NCBI GenBank assembly: GCA_026770705.1
Contig: JANJGN010000052.1
Location: 2,914,001-2,978,000, forward strand
DNA: 64,000 nt
Source: Isurus oxyrinchus
Lineage: Eukaryota
Direction of reading: 5' to 3'
A program made the translations under genes and the position numbers. Positions within the stretch are counted from its first letter, which is position 1. Each line of letters begins with the position of its first letter. Positions 12,619 through 25,734 of the stretch are shown here, piece after piece. The notes beneath the pieces are model-generated. The model did no database searches, had not been told where the DNA came from, and worked only from the letters and a program-made list of their open reading frames with translations.

Positions 12619-13368
12619 CTAAAAGAAATAAAGATTTTAATGTGAGCAAGCATAGTGCACAGCAAGACTCCATGCATCATTTCTCTGTATCTGATGTTGG
12701 AATGCTTTTCCAGGTACCTTCCCTCATGAAAAATTACTGTCATATTTATAATGGTCACTTCCTATGTAAACTGTCACACTGCAGTTGCTTCCTCCCACCA
12801 GTAGAGTTGCTAACCCTCTAGAATGAAAGAAACATCCTTTAACACTCTCAAGATGTCCCCAAGGGCTTGATAGGCAATGAATTGTATTTGATCGATGGAG
12901 CACTGAGGGCTAAATCTACATTTCTCTGTTCAGGAGGTTGCTCATCCAATTCAGGGTCTTGCTGATCTGGAGTTTACCTTCCTTCAGCACAGAATGGGAG
13001 CTGATACCATGACTCCAGTGCAGCACTGAGAGAGGAGAGGGAGCTCACACTTGTGTGTGTACTTCTGCACGTGAGTTTGTATTTGTGTGTATGCGCGTGT
13101 CTGTCAGCACATGTGTGGACGCGTGTGTGTGTGTGTGTGTGTGTCTGTGTGTGTATGTCTGTATGTCTGTGCTTGAGGGAGTGTGTGTGCATGTGTGTGT
13201 CTTTGTGTGCGCATGAATGTTTGTATGTGTGAGTTGAGTTTGTGTGTGTTTCTGTGTATGTGTTTGAACGTATGTTTGTGTGTAAGTGTGCATGTTTGTG
13301 TCTACACATGAGTGTTTTTGCATGTGTGAGTGTGTGTGTGAGAGATGTTGAAGTCTGTGTACACTCAC

Positions 13369-13650
13369 ATTCCACAGTGATGGTGATGAATCCCTCCACT
13401 GCTCCATGTTCATTCTCTACCACACACTGATAGTCTCCAGTGTCCCTGGATGTAACGTGAGGAATCACCAACCACAGCTCATTGTTGGAACTTGTTCTGT
13501 TCATTGGGACATTAAGATGTCGCCACGTCAGGTTAGAAGCTGGGAAGCTCTCGACAGAGCAGATTATCACTGCAGAATTCCCCTCAATTATATTGATCGA
13601 TGAAGCATTAATCATTTCAAGCGAAGTAAATGTGAGATTCTGTGGAGCAT
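13369..13650 (-). CDS. Gene C C2/I-set exon, first tandem copy in transcription order (intact)
   Basis: 282 nt, ttcttag|...|gtgagt, phase 1-1, APQNLTFTSLEMINASS..TITVE. Confidence 0.88.
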
Positions 13651-14353
13651 CTAAGAACAAATCAAGTGTTTAATGTGAGCAAGCAGCGTGCACAGCAAGA
13701 CTCCATGCATCATCTCTCTGTATCTGATGTCTGTATGCATTTCCAGATACCTTCCCTCCATATAACTTCCACTGTCAAATTTATAATGGGCACTGCCTAT
13801 GTAAACAGTCAAACTACAGTTACATTCTCCCACCAGTAGAGGTGCTGTTCACCTAGAATGAAAGAAACTTTCACATCCTCAGGATTTTGCCAAGGGATTT
13901 ACTGGAATGAATTGTATTTGATCGATGGAGCACTGAGGGGTAAATCTACAATTCTCTGTTCAGGAGGTTGCTCATCCAGTTCAGGGTCTTGTTGATCTGG
14001 AGTTTACCTTCCTTCAACACAGAATCGGAGCTGACACCGAGACTCCAGTGCAGCCCTGAGAGAGGAGAGGGACCTCGCGCGTGTTTATGTGTATGTGTTT
14101 GTGTTTCTACATATGTGAGTATGTTTGTGTGAGTATGCATGCATGTGTCTGTGTGTGCATGTGTGTATGTGTTTGCGCAAATGTGCGTGTGTCTTTGTGT
14201 ATATTTCTGTGCATAAGTGAACGTGTGTACATGTGTATGTGTATGTGTGTGCACGTGTGAGTGTGTGTGTGTGAGTTGAGTGTGTGTATGTTTCTGTGTA
14301 GGTTTTTGCACGTGTATGACTGTGTGTAAATGTGCATGTATGTGCCTACACAT

Positions 14354-14387
<34 letters not shown>

Positions 14388-15974
14388 ATGTGTGCATGTG
14401 GATTGTCGCATCTTTATTATTAACGTTATTTAAAAATAGTGATCACACAAGCCTGGCTTCTAAGGAGATGAAACTGCAAACAATTTACAGTATAGTGAAA
14501 TGTACAGGAATAATCTATTTATTTTGAGTTGATGATATATAATTATACATGAGGCATGTTGCTAATTTCAAACATCATCTGAAATATGGCAGGTCTGACA
14601 GAGCAGCATTCGCTCAGTGTCCACCCTCTGACAGTGCAGCACTCCCTCAGCATTGACGCTTTGAGAGTGCAGCACTCCTTCAGTATTGACCCTCTGGAAG
14701 TGCAGCACTCCCTCAGTGTTAACCCTCCAACAGTGCAGCACTCCCTGAGTACTGACCCTCTGACAGTTCAGCACTGCCTCAGTACTGACCCTTTGATAGA
14801 GCAGGGTTTCCCTCAGTACTGACCTCCTGACAGTGCAGCACTCCCTCAGTACTGACCCTCTGACAGTGCAGCACTCCCTCAATATTGACCCTCCAACAGT
14901 GCAGCACTCCCTCAGCACTCCCTCACTGGGGAGAGTCCATCTGGGTTTTGAGCTGAAACCTTGAGACGGTTTGAAAACCCCAACCTGCTGTCTTGGAGAG
15001 AGAGAGAGAGAGAGTGCGTGCGTGTGTGAGAAAGAGAGACAATGTGTGTGTGAGAGAGTGACAGTGCGTATGTGTGCGAGAGAGAAGGATAGAGAGAAAG
15101 AGAAAATGTGTGAGAGAGCAAAAGAGAGGTAGAGTGTGTACGCATGAGAGAGTGAGGTAGCTGAATTGTGTGAGAGAGAGAGTGTGTGTGAGAGAAAGGG
15201 AATGTCTGTGTTAGAGAGAGAGCTTATGTGTGAGAGAGAAAGAAAGAGAGAGAATCTGCGTGTGTTAGATAGTGTGTGTGTGAAAGAGAGAGTGTGTATG
15301 TGAGAGAGCGTGTGCGTGAGAGCGTGTGTGTGTGTGTGTTTGAGAGAGAGGGTGTATGTGTTTGAGAGAAGGAGTGTGCGAGAGAGGGTGTGCGTGTTTG
15401 AGAGGGAGTGTGTGTGTTTAAAAGAATGAACAAGGGAAAATGTGTGTATGTGTGTGTGTGTGTCTGCGTGTGCATTCTGAATGAGCTGAGTTCACAGTTT
15501 CACACGTTGCTAGGGACCACTTTTCCGCCTCTCTGTCAGACTGTGTGTATCTGACAGCAGGTCAGGCAGGAATAGTCCAGAATGCGCTGTGGTTTTGTAG
15601 CATTGAAACAACGACATAAACTAAATGAGTGCTGCACCAAATAAAGACATGGAGTGACCACACCAAAAAACCACGTGACTTCCCCAGTTTCACATCTCCC
15701 TCAAACACAGAAAAACTGGGTTAACACTGACCCTCCTCCCAGAGCCAGTTCACCTCGTGTCCGATGCAGTCAGGAGAGGAAGATCATCTCTCCTCCGATC
15801 CTGCTAAACTGAACATTTCCAGAATTAGATCAGCTCCCTGAAGTGTCTCCAGTTAGACATTCATCTGACAGGATTGACTCTACAACCCTGGGGACTCATT
15901 CTCCTGTAAGTAAAACACTTGCTGCTCCTGTCAAATCTCTTCTGTACAGCATGGTCTCTGGATGTCCCAGAACA

Positions 15975-16225
15975 CTTTACAGTTGAGTACACCCTTTTTT
16001 CGAAGTGTAGTTACTGTTGTAATGTAGGAAACGCAGCAGCCAATTAGCGCACAGCAAGCTCCCACAAACAGCAATGTGATCATCTGTTTTTAGTGATGTT
16101 GGTTGAGGGATAAATATTGGTCCCAGGACACCGGGGAGATCTCCCCCCTGCTCTTCCTCCAAATAGTGGTTGTGGGATCTTTCACACCCGTCCGAGAGGG
16201 CAGACGGGGGACTCGGTTTAGTGTC
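15975..16225 (-). mobile_element. DeuSINE fragment
   Basis: Reverse complement of the Deu-domain-like sequence at 24590-24830. Confidence 0.75.
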
Positions 16226-17540
16226 TAATATTGGACTAATCTCCAGGCGAGGTTGGCTGGATGGATTATTGACAAGGTCCATTCACCCTGTAAAGAGTTT
16301 CTCTGGTTTGAAATACCCAATCAAACATCGAGTTCTGTGTCTAAACCTTGTGTTGAAAAGACACCTTTCCAGCTCTTCACCTGCCATTAGCTTGTTGAGT
16401 CTTCACACGCTCCGTCTGTCCGTGACCAACCCCTCTTAGCTCATCCTTTCCTTGTCGTACATCGAGCTGTTCATCCTGATGGGTTCCATCCTTCCCAGTA
16501 ACACTCCATCTCCGACATCAAACTAACTCCCAACACGTTGATGAATTGTATGGATTCCAGCGTCAGTTGGTTCTGTCTGAGGCTGTTTCTCTGATCGGGG
16601 ACCGAGCTGTTCTGAATAGACATTGTGTTCAGCAGTTCTAATTGCAGATCAGACTGTTCAACCAATGCTGCTGTTCACTGAGGTGACTCCGATTCTACAT
16701 TCACACATTAATGATCTCATGTCCAGCAGCAAACATCTGAATGAAGCCAGGTTCAAGAAAAATCCCAGCTGCTTGATCCGACAGTTATCTGTTCAGGCAT
16801 GGCCCCTTGTTCCAAATAACAAACATTATTTAAAAATAGTCATCACATGAGCCTGGTTAACAAGGAAATGAAACCATGAACAATTTGCAGTGAAGTGAAA
16901 CGTACAGGACTAATCTATTTATATTGAGCTGATGATATAGAATGTTACACGAGGCATGTTGCTAATTTCAAACATCATCTGAATTACGACAGTTCTGACA
17001 GTGCAGCACTCCCTCAGTACTGACCCTCCGACAGTGCAGCACTCCCTCAGTACTGACCCTCTGACAGTGCAGCACTCCCTCAGTACTGACCCTCCGACAG
17101 TGCAGCACTCCCTCAGTACTGACCCTCTGACAGTGCAGCACTCCCTCACTACTGACCCTCTGACAGCGCAGCACTACCTCAGTACTGACCCTCTGACAGT
17201 GCAGCACTCCCTCAGTACTGACCCTCTGACAGTGCAGCACACCCTCAGTACTCCCTTACTGGGGAGAATCTGCCTGGGTTTTGAGCAGAAATCATGAGCA
17301 CGTCTTAAAACCACAACCTTCCGTATTAAAGAGAGTGTGTCTGAGAGAGAGAGAGAGCGAGAGAGACAGAGAGAGTCTGTGAGAGAGAAAAAGAATTAGA
17401 NNNNNNNNNNNNNNNNNNNNNNNNNNNNNNNNNNNNNNNNNNNNNNNNNNNNNNNNNNNNNNNNNNNNNNNNNNNNNNNNNNNNNNNNNNNNNNNNNNNN
17501 NNNNNNNNNNNNNNNNNNNNNNNNNNNNNNNNNNNNNNNN

Positions 17541-18935
17541 GGGAGAGAGTGTGTGTGTGTGTGAGGGAGAGATTGTGCGTATCAGAGAGAGTGTGTGTGT
17601 GTGTGAGGGAGGATGTGTGTGTGAGGGAGAGTGTGTGTGTGTGAGGGAGATTCTGTGTGTGTGAGGGAGAGAGTGCATGAGAGTGAGAAAGAGGGAGACA
17701 GCAGAAGAGAAAGATAGAGAGAGATGGTAAATGTTTGAGAGAGAGAGAATGTGAGTGTCTGAGAGAGAGAGAGAATGTGAGTGTTAGAGAGAGAATGTAT
17801 GTGTGTGTGAGAGAGATAGAGCAGAAGAGTGCGATAGAGAGAGATTGTGAGTGCTGACAGAGAGAATGTGTGTGTGTGAGAGAGAGAGAGAGAGCAGAAG
17901 AGTGTGATAGAGAGAGATTGTGAGTGTTAGAGAGAGAATGTGTGTGAGAGAGAGAGAGATAGAGCAGAAGAGTGTGATAGAGAGAGATTGTGAGTGTTAG
18001 AGAGAGAATGTGTGTGTGTGAGAGAGAGAGAGATAGAGCAGAAGAGTGCGATAGAGAGAGATTGTGAGTGTTGGAGAGAGAATGTGTGTGTGTGTGTGAG
18101 AGAGATAGAGCAGAAGAGTGTGATAGAGAGAGATTGTGAGTGTTAGAGAGAGAATGTGTGTGTGTGAGAGAGAGAGAGATAGAGCAGAAGAGTGCGATAG
18201 AGAGAGATTGTGAGTGTTAGAGAGGGAATGTGTGTGTGAGAGAGAGAGAGAGAGAGCAGAAGAGTGCGATAGAGAGAGATTGTGAGTGTTAGAGAGAGAA
18301 TGTGTGTGTGTGAGAGAGAGAGATAGAGCAGAAGAGTGCGATAGAGAGAGATTGTGAGTGTTAGAGAGAGAATGTGTGTGTGAGAGAGAGAGAGATAGAG
18401 CAGAAGAGTGTGATAGAGAGAGATTGTGAGTGTTAGAGAGAGAATGTGTGTGTGAGAGAGAGAGAGATAGAGCAGACGAGTGTGATAGAGAGAGATTGTG
18501 AGTGTTAGAGAGAGAATGTGTGTGTGTGTGAGAGAGAGAGCAGAAGAGTGTGATAGAGAGAGATTGTGAGTGTTAGAGAGAGAATGTGTTTGTGTGTGAG
18601 AGAGAGAGAGCAGAAGAGTGTGATAGAGACAGATTGTGAGTGTTAGAGAGAGAATGTGTGTGTGAGAGAGAGAGAGAGAGATAGAGCAGAAGAGTGTGAT
18701 AGAGACAGATTGTGAGTGTTGGAGAGAGAATGTGTGTGAGAGAGAGAGAGATAGAGCAGAATAGTGTGATAGATAGAGATTGTGAGTGTTAGAGAGAGAA
18801 TGTGTGTGTGTGTGAGAGAGAGAGATAGAGCAGAAGAGTGTGATAGAGAGAGATTGTGAATGTTAGAGAGAGAATGTGTGTGTGTGAGAGAGAGAGATAG
18901 AGCAGAAGAGTGTGATAGATAGAGATTGTGAGGAC
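17541..18935. repeat. About 60-bp higher-order (GA)n/(GT)n compound tandem repeat
   Basis: Recurring atagagcagaagagtgtgatagagagagattgtgagtgttagagagagaatgtgtg with variable microsatellite lengths. Confidence 0.92.
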
Positions 18936-19200
18936 TAAACTCACTGAGAGAAAAAGCTGGACACCCAGCACAGGGAGTGAGGGAACAATGAATTTTTGCC
19001 ATCTTTGGTGAATCGGTTTGCGATGTCCCTTCTCAATCTCTCCTTCCTTGTCTTGACATTAGATAATTCCCTGGGGCTGTTTAATTCCCTGAAAGGTGCC
19101 ATTTAAACACAAGTTGTTGTTGTTTGAGGAAGAAACACTGGGGACAATTTCTGAAAAAGTCTCTGTCTTTATCATTTTCCATTTAGATGAGGAACTGAAG

Positions 19201-19246
19201 ATGGGAGAGGTCGGTCTGATATTGATCTGCATCAGCTTGCTGCAAG
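19201..19246 (+). CDS. Gene D signal-peptide exon MGEVGLILICISLLQ
   Basis: Acceptor atttag (exon start 19187), 46 coding nt, CAAG|gtac phase 1; same SLLQ ending as the other leaders. Confidence 0.75.
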
Positions 19247-19574
19247 GTACAAATTCATTACTGATCGGAACTCAGGGAATTGGATTCTTTCCTGGAGTGA
19301 GGAAGTGAACATTTAATTTTAGAGAACAGGGTTAGTGATCACACAGAGAGTGAGTGATTAGCGAGTCAGAGAATGTAGCAAAAGAAAAAGCCTCATACGG
19401 ACTCGAAACACCAACTCTGTTTCTCTCTCCACAGATGCTGTCAGACCTGCTGAGTTTTTCCAGCATTTTCTGTTTGTGCATCAGAGAGCTTGTTTCAATA
19501 GGAATGACAGTGCATTTATATAGCACCTTTAATGCAGTAAAACATCCTTATTGCGTCACAGGATTCCCCCACAA

Positions 19575-20035
19575 GGGGTAACATCCCCTCAGCATCCACC
19601 CTGTCAAACCCCCCACCACCTCAGAATCTTATATGTTTCAATAAGATCACCTCTCATTCTTCTAAACTCCAATGGATACAGGGCCCAACCTGCTCAACAT
19701 TTCCTCACAGGACAAGTCCCCTTCATCCCAGGAATCAGCCCAGTGAACCTCCTCTGAACTGCCTCCAATGCAGAGTCTATCCCTCCCTAAGTAAGGAGAC
19801 CAGAACTGTACACACTGCTCCTGATACAATCTCACCAACGCCCTGTACAGTTGTAGCAAGACTCCCCTCCTTTTATACTCCATCCCTTTGCAATAAAGGC
19901 CAACATTCCACTTGCCTTCCTCATTCCGTGCTGTTCCTGAATGCTGACTTTCTGTGATTCATGTACAAGGACACACAGATCCCTCTGTACCGCATTCTGT
20001 AGACTCTCTCCATTGAAGTAATATTCTGCTTTTTG
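19575..20035 (-). mobile_element. CR1 LINE fragment
   Basis: MEYK..LLQLYRALVR..CVQFWSPYL. Confidence 0.85.
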
Positions 20036-20066
20036 ATGTCCAGTCCCCTCCCTTGTTGCCTTTCAG

Positions 20067-20353
20067 GAGTGACGTCAGAGGGATGGTCTATGAAGGCGCT
20101 GCCTCGGAGGGCCATCAGCAGCTCTTGTGTGGTTATTCCGTGTAGCTTTGACTTTCCTTCCCACTCTTACACAGCACTGCACGGAGCTTGGTATAAATAT
20201 TGGTATAGATGGAAATATACCATCACATACACCAAAGATCCCAATTATGGGATGGCCACATTCGTGGGACGTGCTAAAATAATCGGCGACTTGGAAGGGA
20301 AGAATTGTTCAGTGAGGATTGACAGTCTCAGAGCTGAAGACAGTGACGTGTAT
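20067..20353 (+). pseudogene. Gene D Siglec/MAG-like V-set exon truncated in the F strand
   Basis: Acceptor tttcag, phase 1; W..SSCVVIPCSFDFP..HGAWY..GRAKIIGDLEGKNCSVRIDSLRAEDSDVY, then retrotransposon sequence and a stop. Confidence 0.85.
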
Positions 20354-21485
20354 TGCACCCAATTCTAAATCTTTTCACCAATTAGTCGACCTCATGAAGA
20401 TGTGTTTTCAGCTGAAGCCGTGGGTAATAATGCAGAGGTTTAAGTTTAACTCCAGAGTAAGGGCCCAGGGAGAGTCCATCGCAACCTATACAGTGAAGTG
20501 GAAGCAGGTGACTGAACACTGGGACCTCGGAGACACACTCAATGACATGTTGCGGGGCCGATTGGTTTGTGTCGTTCACCCCAACGCCATTCAGAGCCGT
20601 TTACTCGCAGAAGCCGACATCGATTTGAAGCGCACCATGGAAATAGCGCCAGGCATGGAAAGTGCTGGGAGAGACTGGCGGGATCTACAGGAATATGCAA
20701 CATGGCGCCAGTCCTCAGCTGGGACAGGAACCAACCACCGGGCGTGAGGCTCAAACTGGAGAGAGAGAGAGAGAGAGGGAGAGAGAGAGAGAGACAGCCG
20801 CCAAGCGAGAGACAGTCTCTGCCGCTCCAGAAACTAAAAGCCTTCGTGGGAGTATTTCAGCAGCAACTCCGAAGTTGGCCTGTTCTCGATGTGGGGGGGA
20901 GTGAGCTCGTACCGGACACCTGCAGGTTCAAGGGGGCAGAATGCCATCACTGCCACAAGAAAGGGGCGGGTAATAAAGCAATGCAGGGTGAAATCGAGAC
21001 AGCCCATCAGGCAGTGCACCAACATGATGGAAGTGAATAATATCACAGAGCCTGAAGCTGCTGATACCGATGTCTATTCCCTGTCCAATGTCACAGTGGT
21101 AAAAACTGAACCTATAACCATCACAACCCAAGTGAATGGGCAGCCACTAGTAATGGGGCAGATACGGGAGCCTCAGACACAGTGGTGGAAGAGCCCACAT
21201 TTAAACAGCTAAATGAAGGAACCCAGACGCTGAATTTAGAGCCAACAATGGATCAGCTGAAGACACACACTGGAGAATCCATACAGGGAAAGGACCTCAT
21301 CCCAGTACCTGTGTCCTACAGGCAGCAGACAGCCCAGCTTCCAGTGATCATAGCGACAGGTGAGGGCCCTAGTCTTCTGGGCCGAGACTGGTTCCAGAAA
21401 ACCAAGCTCAGCTGCTCTGAAATGTTTCACTGGAGGAGTTGCTGAGTTGCTGGGGGAATATGAGAGTGTATCTCGGAATGAGTTT
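20354..21485 (+). mobile_element. Ty3/Gypsy LTR retrotransposon internal fragment (gag, zinc knuckle, protease), decayed
   Basis: QRFKFNSRVRAQGESIATY..LNDMLRGRLVC (gag), CRFKGAECHHCHKKG (knuckle), VNGQPL..DTGA and SLLGRDW (aspartic protease), with frameshifts. Confidence 0.85.
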
Positions 21486-21739
21486 GAAGAATTGAAGCAT
21501 CCTCACAGGCTGCAAGTGTCCCTCAGGTCAGAGTTGGTTCCACTGGAAAATCCTGAAGAGAAAGAAAGCGAATTCTGTGCCGCTCTGAGCAAACTGAAGA
21601 AACAGTTGGCAGGGAAGACCCAACCATGTCCAATGTTCCAGGAGGAAGGCAAGAGATACAAGGAAGAGACTGAAGAGCTGAAGATTCAGCTGAATGAAAC
21701 CAAAGAGGCAGTTACAGTATCACAACAAGTTTACAGTGC

Positions 21740-22020
21740 AGAAGGAGGCCATTCAGCCCCTTGAGCCTGTTACACAGGAACAGGAGGAGGCCATTCAGCC
21801 CCCTCAAGCCTGTTACACAGGAACAGGAGGAGGCCATTCAGTCCCCTCGAGCCTGTTACACAGGAACAGGAAGAGGCCCATTCAGCCCCCTCAAGACTGT
21901 TACACAGAAACAGGAGGAGGCCATTCTGCCACTTATGTCCGTTACACAGGAACAAGAGGAGGCCATTCTGCCACTTATGTCCGTTATACAGGAACAGGAG
22001 GAGGCCATTCAGCCCCTTGT
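21740..22020 (+). repeat. About 41-bp minisatellite (GAGCCTGTTACACAGGAACAGGAGGAGGCCATTCAGCCCCTC)
   Basis: About 7 units. Confidence 0.9.
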
Positions 22021-23257
22021 AGGGTGTGGTGGTGTGTGTCAGCTTCACCTGCGACTTCTGAGCCGTCTGAATCGCTCCCAATCCCTGGGTTCTAGACCTT
22101 GGACTTATTCGGGGCTTGTCACAAAGTGCAGCAGACAACTGGTTTTGGTGCAAGACAAAAACTGAGTTTACTGAAGTCACAAATGAACTTCTAACATTAG
22201 GATGACACTGAGATTATACAGACTTACAAAGTACACTGAGTTAAGAATGGGGAACACACGGCATAACGAGGGAGAATCACGCTACTAATGCCCTTACCCT
22301 TGTCCCACCCCCAAACCCTAACTAAATTGCACTAGGAGAGGTCAGGGGTCACGCTCACCAACCCAGGGTTCCTTGACAGTTGGAAATTTTGAGAACCCTT
22401 CAACAGATGGGGAGGGTTACAGGGGCTGGAGGAGGTTACAGAGATAGGGAGGGTTGTAGGGGCTGGAGGAGGTTACAGAGATAAGGAGTGTTGTAGGGGC
22501 TGGAGGAGGTTACAAATTGTAAATCAGTTCCCCCTCGAGGCCCCTTGTCCAAAATAAAAGCAACGCACACAATTTGTAAAATAGTAAGTGTAGCAATGAG
22601 AGGAGTAAGGGGTTAGGGGGCGTGCGGTTCACCTGATTTGCCGACATAAGAACCAGCCCCTATGTTTTTGCTATGTTGTGTTGCATCAATATGAACACAT
22701 ATTTGCACAAGGTGAAGGGCGTTGCGGAGGGACTGATAGTTCTCGGCGCCAGACAGTCAATGTCCCAGTGACCTTACTGCTGGTCCCAGGCCAGTGGGAC
22801 AGGGAACATCGACACTGCAATATCCAGAAATGGGTGTGATACCACACAGCTACCCACCCGCGGCTGTCCCCTTCAAGTGTTTCAGGTATAAGAGCAGGAA
22901 GCTCCTCTAGTTACAAACCAAAGCATCAAAGCAGAGCCAGAAGATCAGAAGAGACAGGCAGAGATGGGAAGCTCCCAGATGAAATGGCGACTTGTCTTGT
23001 TCACTCTGACTTTGCTGCTCTCCCTGCAGCTGAGTCACTTCTTCTCCTTGTCGAGGGTAAGCTAAGAGATGTCCCTCTGGGTGAGGTGTTTCTTGCACAT
23101 GACTCTACGTCTACCACCCAGATAGACTGGTCTCTTCCGCAGTTTGATATTATTATGTTCGTGCCTTTAATATTGTCGCCCTCTATGAATTTAACATCAT
23201 TTCCTTCTGTCGTTTCCCCTGAAATTCTCATTCTTGTTTTCAATCCCTCCTCAGCCA

Positions 23258-24225
23258 CTCCCTATCTCTGTAACCTCCACCAGGCCTTACAACCCTCCCT
23301 ATCTCTGTAAACTCCTCCAGCCCCTACACCCCTCCCTATCTCTGTAACCTCCTCCAGCCCCTACACCGCTCCCTATCTCTGTAACCTCCTCGAGCCGCTA
23401 CAACCCTCCCTATATCTGTAACTTCCTCCAGCCCCTACAACTGTCCCTATCTCTGTAACTTCCTCCAGCCCCTACAACTGTCCCTATCTCTGTTACCTCC
23501 TCCAGCCCCTACAACACTCCCTATCTCCGTAACCTCCTCAAGCCCCTACAACACTCCCTATCTCTGTAACCTCCTCCAGCCCCTACAACCCTCCCTATCT
23601 CTGTAACCTCCTCCAGCCCCTATAAACCTCCCTATCTCTGTAACCTCCTCCAGCCCCTACAACCCTACCTATCTCTGTAACCTCCCCCAGGCCCCACAAC
23701 CCTCATGATCACTGTAACCTCCTCTAGACCCTACAACCCTCCCTATCTCTGTAACCTGCTCCAGACCCTACAACCCTCCCTATCTCTGTAACCTTCTCCA
23801 GACCCTACAACCCTCCCTATCTCTGTAACCTCCTCCAGGCCCCACGACCCTCAGAATCACTGTAACCTCCTCCAGCCCCTACAATGCTCATGAACTCTAT
23901 AACGTCCTCTCCACACTATAACTCTCCCTATCTCTGTAACCTACTGTGGCCCCTACAACAGTATCTATTTTGGTAACCTCCTCCAGCCTCTACAACCGTC
24001 CCTACCTCTGTAACCTCCTCCACCCCCCACAACCACCCCATCTCTTTAACCTCCTACAGCCCCTACTCACCTCCCTATCTCTGTAACCTCCTACAGCCCC
24101 TACAACCCTCCCTATCTCTGTAACCTCCTACAGCCTCTAGAATCCTCCCTATCTCTGTTACCTCCTACAGCCTCTACAACCCTCCCTATCTCTGTAACCT
24201 CCTCCAGCCGGAACAACCCTACCTA
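23258..24225 (+). repeat. About 32-bp minisatellite CCTCCAGCCCCTACAACCCTCCCTATCTCTGTAA
   Basis: About 27-30 units; short inverted array at 22410-22515. Confidence 0.92.
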
Positions 24226-24274
24226 AATCTCTGGTCTGAGTCTCACTCCAGGGAATTCAGTCCCATAACGTCGG

Positions 24275-24880
24275 TCAACACTCCGTGCTGAGGGAGTGCT
24301 GCACTGTCAGAGGGTCAGTAGTGTGGAAGTGTTGCACTATTGGAGGGACGGTACTGAGTGAGTGCTATACTGTCGGAGGTCAGTACTGAGGAAGTGCTGC
24401 ATTGTTACAGGGTCAGTACTGTGGAAGTGTTGCACTGTCGGAGGGTCAGTACTGAGGGAGCGCTGCACTGACGGAGGGACAATACTGTGGGAGTGCAGCA
24501 CTATCGAGGGGTTAGTACTGAGGGCGGGCTGCAGTGTCAAAGGGTTAGTACTGAGGGAGCACAACAATGTTGAATGAGACATTAAACTGAGTCCCCCGTC
24601 TGCCCTCTCGGGCGGGTGTGAAAGATCCCACAGCCACTATTTGGAGGAAGAGCAGGGGGAGTTCTCCCCGGTGTCCTGGGACCAATATTTATCCCTCACC
24701 CAACATCACCAAAAACAGATGATCTAGGCCATGATCACATTGCTATTTGTGGGATCTTGCTGTGCACAAATCAGCTGCCACATTTCCTACAGTGTGAGTG
24801 CACTTCAAAAACATCCTTCAGTGGCTGTGAAATGCTTTGGGATGTGGTGAAAGGCGTTAGAGAAATGCAAGTCTGTCTTC
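24275..24880 (+). mobile_element. DeuSINE (SacSINE1/AmnSINE1-like) with internally amplified 30-bp unit
   Basis: 30-mer array runs directly into Deu-domain-like sequence (ccccgtctgccctctc..gatccca..gaagagcagggggagttctccccggtgtcctgg..aatatttatccctca) and the 3' tail. Family recognised from memory. Confidence 0.75.
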
Positions 24881-25734
24881 CTCCCCCTCTCTCTCCTGTA
24901 CCTCTCTCTCTCTCTCTCCCTCTCCCTCAATCCTCCTCTCACTTTCTCCCTGATAAATTCTTTCTTTTTGCAGGTTGACACTGCTTTAGGTTCTTCGACG
25001 ATTGAGAAATCTGTGGATTCCCCGGACACGGTAGGTGGAAATTCATTCCTTATTTTAAGGTTTCTCCCTGCTCGTTTCTTCCACAGAAAGTTTTCTGATT
25101 TCAAGCTGATTTCAGTGGCAGTCTGTCTCGGTTATACTCAAGAGGCATGTTTGAAATCGAGCCCCCTCCCCCCCCACTTTTTTTGCAAAGCTGGGAATTT
25201 TAAATGTAACCCACGCCGGGAATAGTGAGAGGGAGACTGATCCAGCCTGGGAGTGGGTTAAAGAGAGGCTGGGAGTCGAGAGTCGGAGAGAGGGATGGAA
25301 TGGGGGAGGGAGGGATTGGAAGAGAGAGACAGAGAGTGGGACGGGGAGGGGTGAAAGGGAAAGAACATAGGTGGGAGAGAGTGACAGAGGGAGAAATTAA
25401 AGAAGAGATGCGGAGTGAGGGAAAGTGAAAAGGGAAGAGAGATTGTCCAAGAGAGAGAAATTAACAGGAAAGGGAGAGTTACAGAGTGAGCGAAAGTTAC
25501 AAAAATAGTGTGAGAGAGAGGGAGAGATACAGAGTGGGAGAAGGAGACAGGGGAGAGAGAGAGGGGGAGAGACAGGAAAAGGGAGAGAGGAGAGAAAGAT
25601 TGGGAGAGAGGGCAATTGAGAGGAAGAGTAGGAGAGAGAGACAGGGAGAGGAGGAGTGGATGAGAGGAAGAGAGAGAGAGATATGGAGCAGGAGAACACC
25701 TCCTCCGGTCCCGATGTTCCTCCAAAATCTCTGA

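Larger units (their letters stand above)
11275..14390 (-). repeat. Three tandem units of about 1.05 kb, each C2 exon + intron + (TG)n
   Basis: Exon ends at 11275, 12338 and 13369; homologous intron blocks follow each. Confidence 0.93.

Noticed and set aside
15780-15910. Plus-strand GTAAGT donor as the first exon of gene D
   Set aside because: An isolated donor with no further support.
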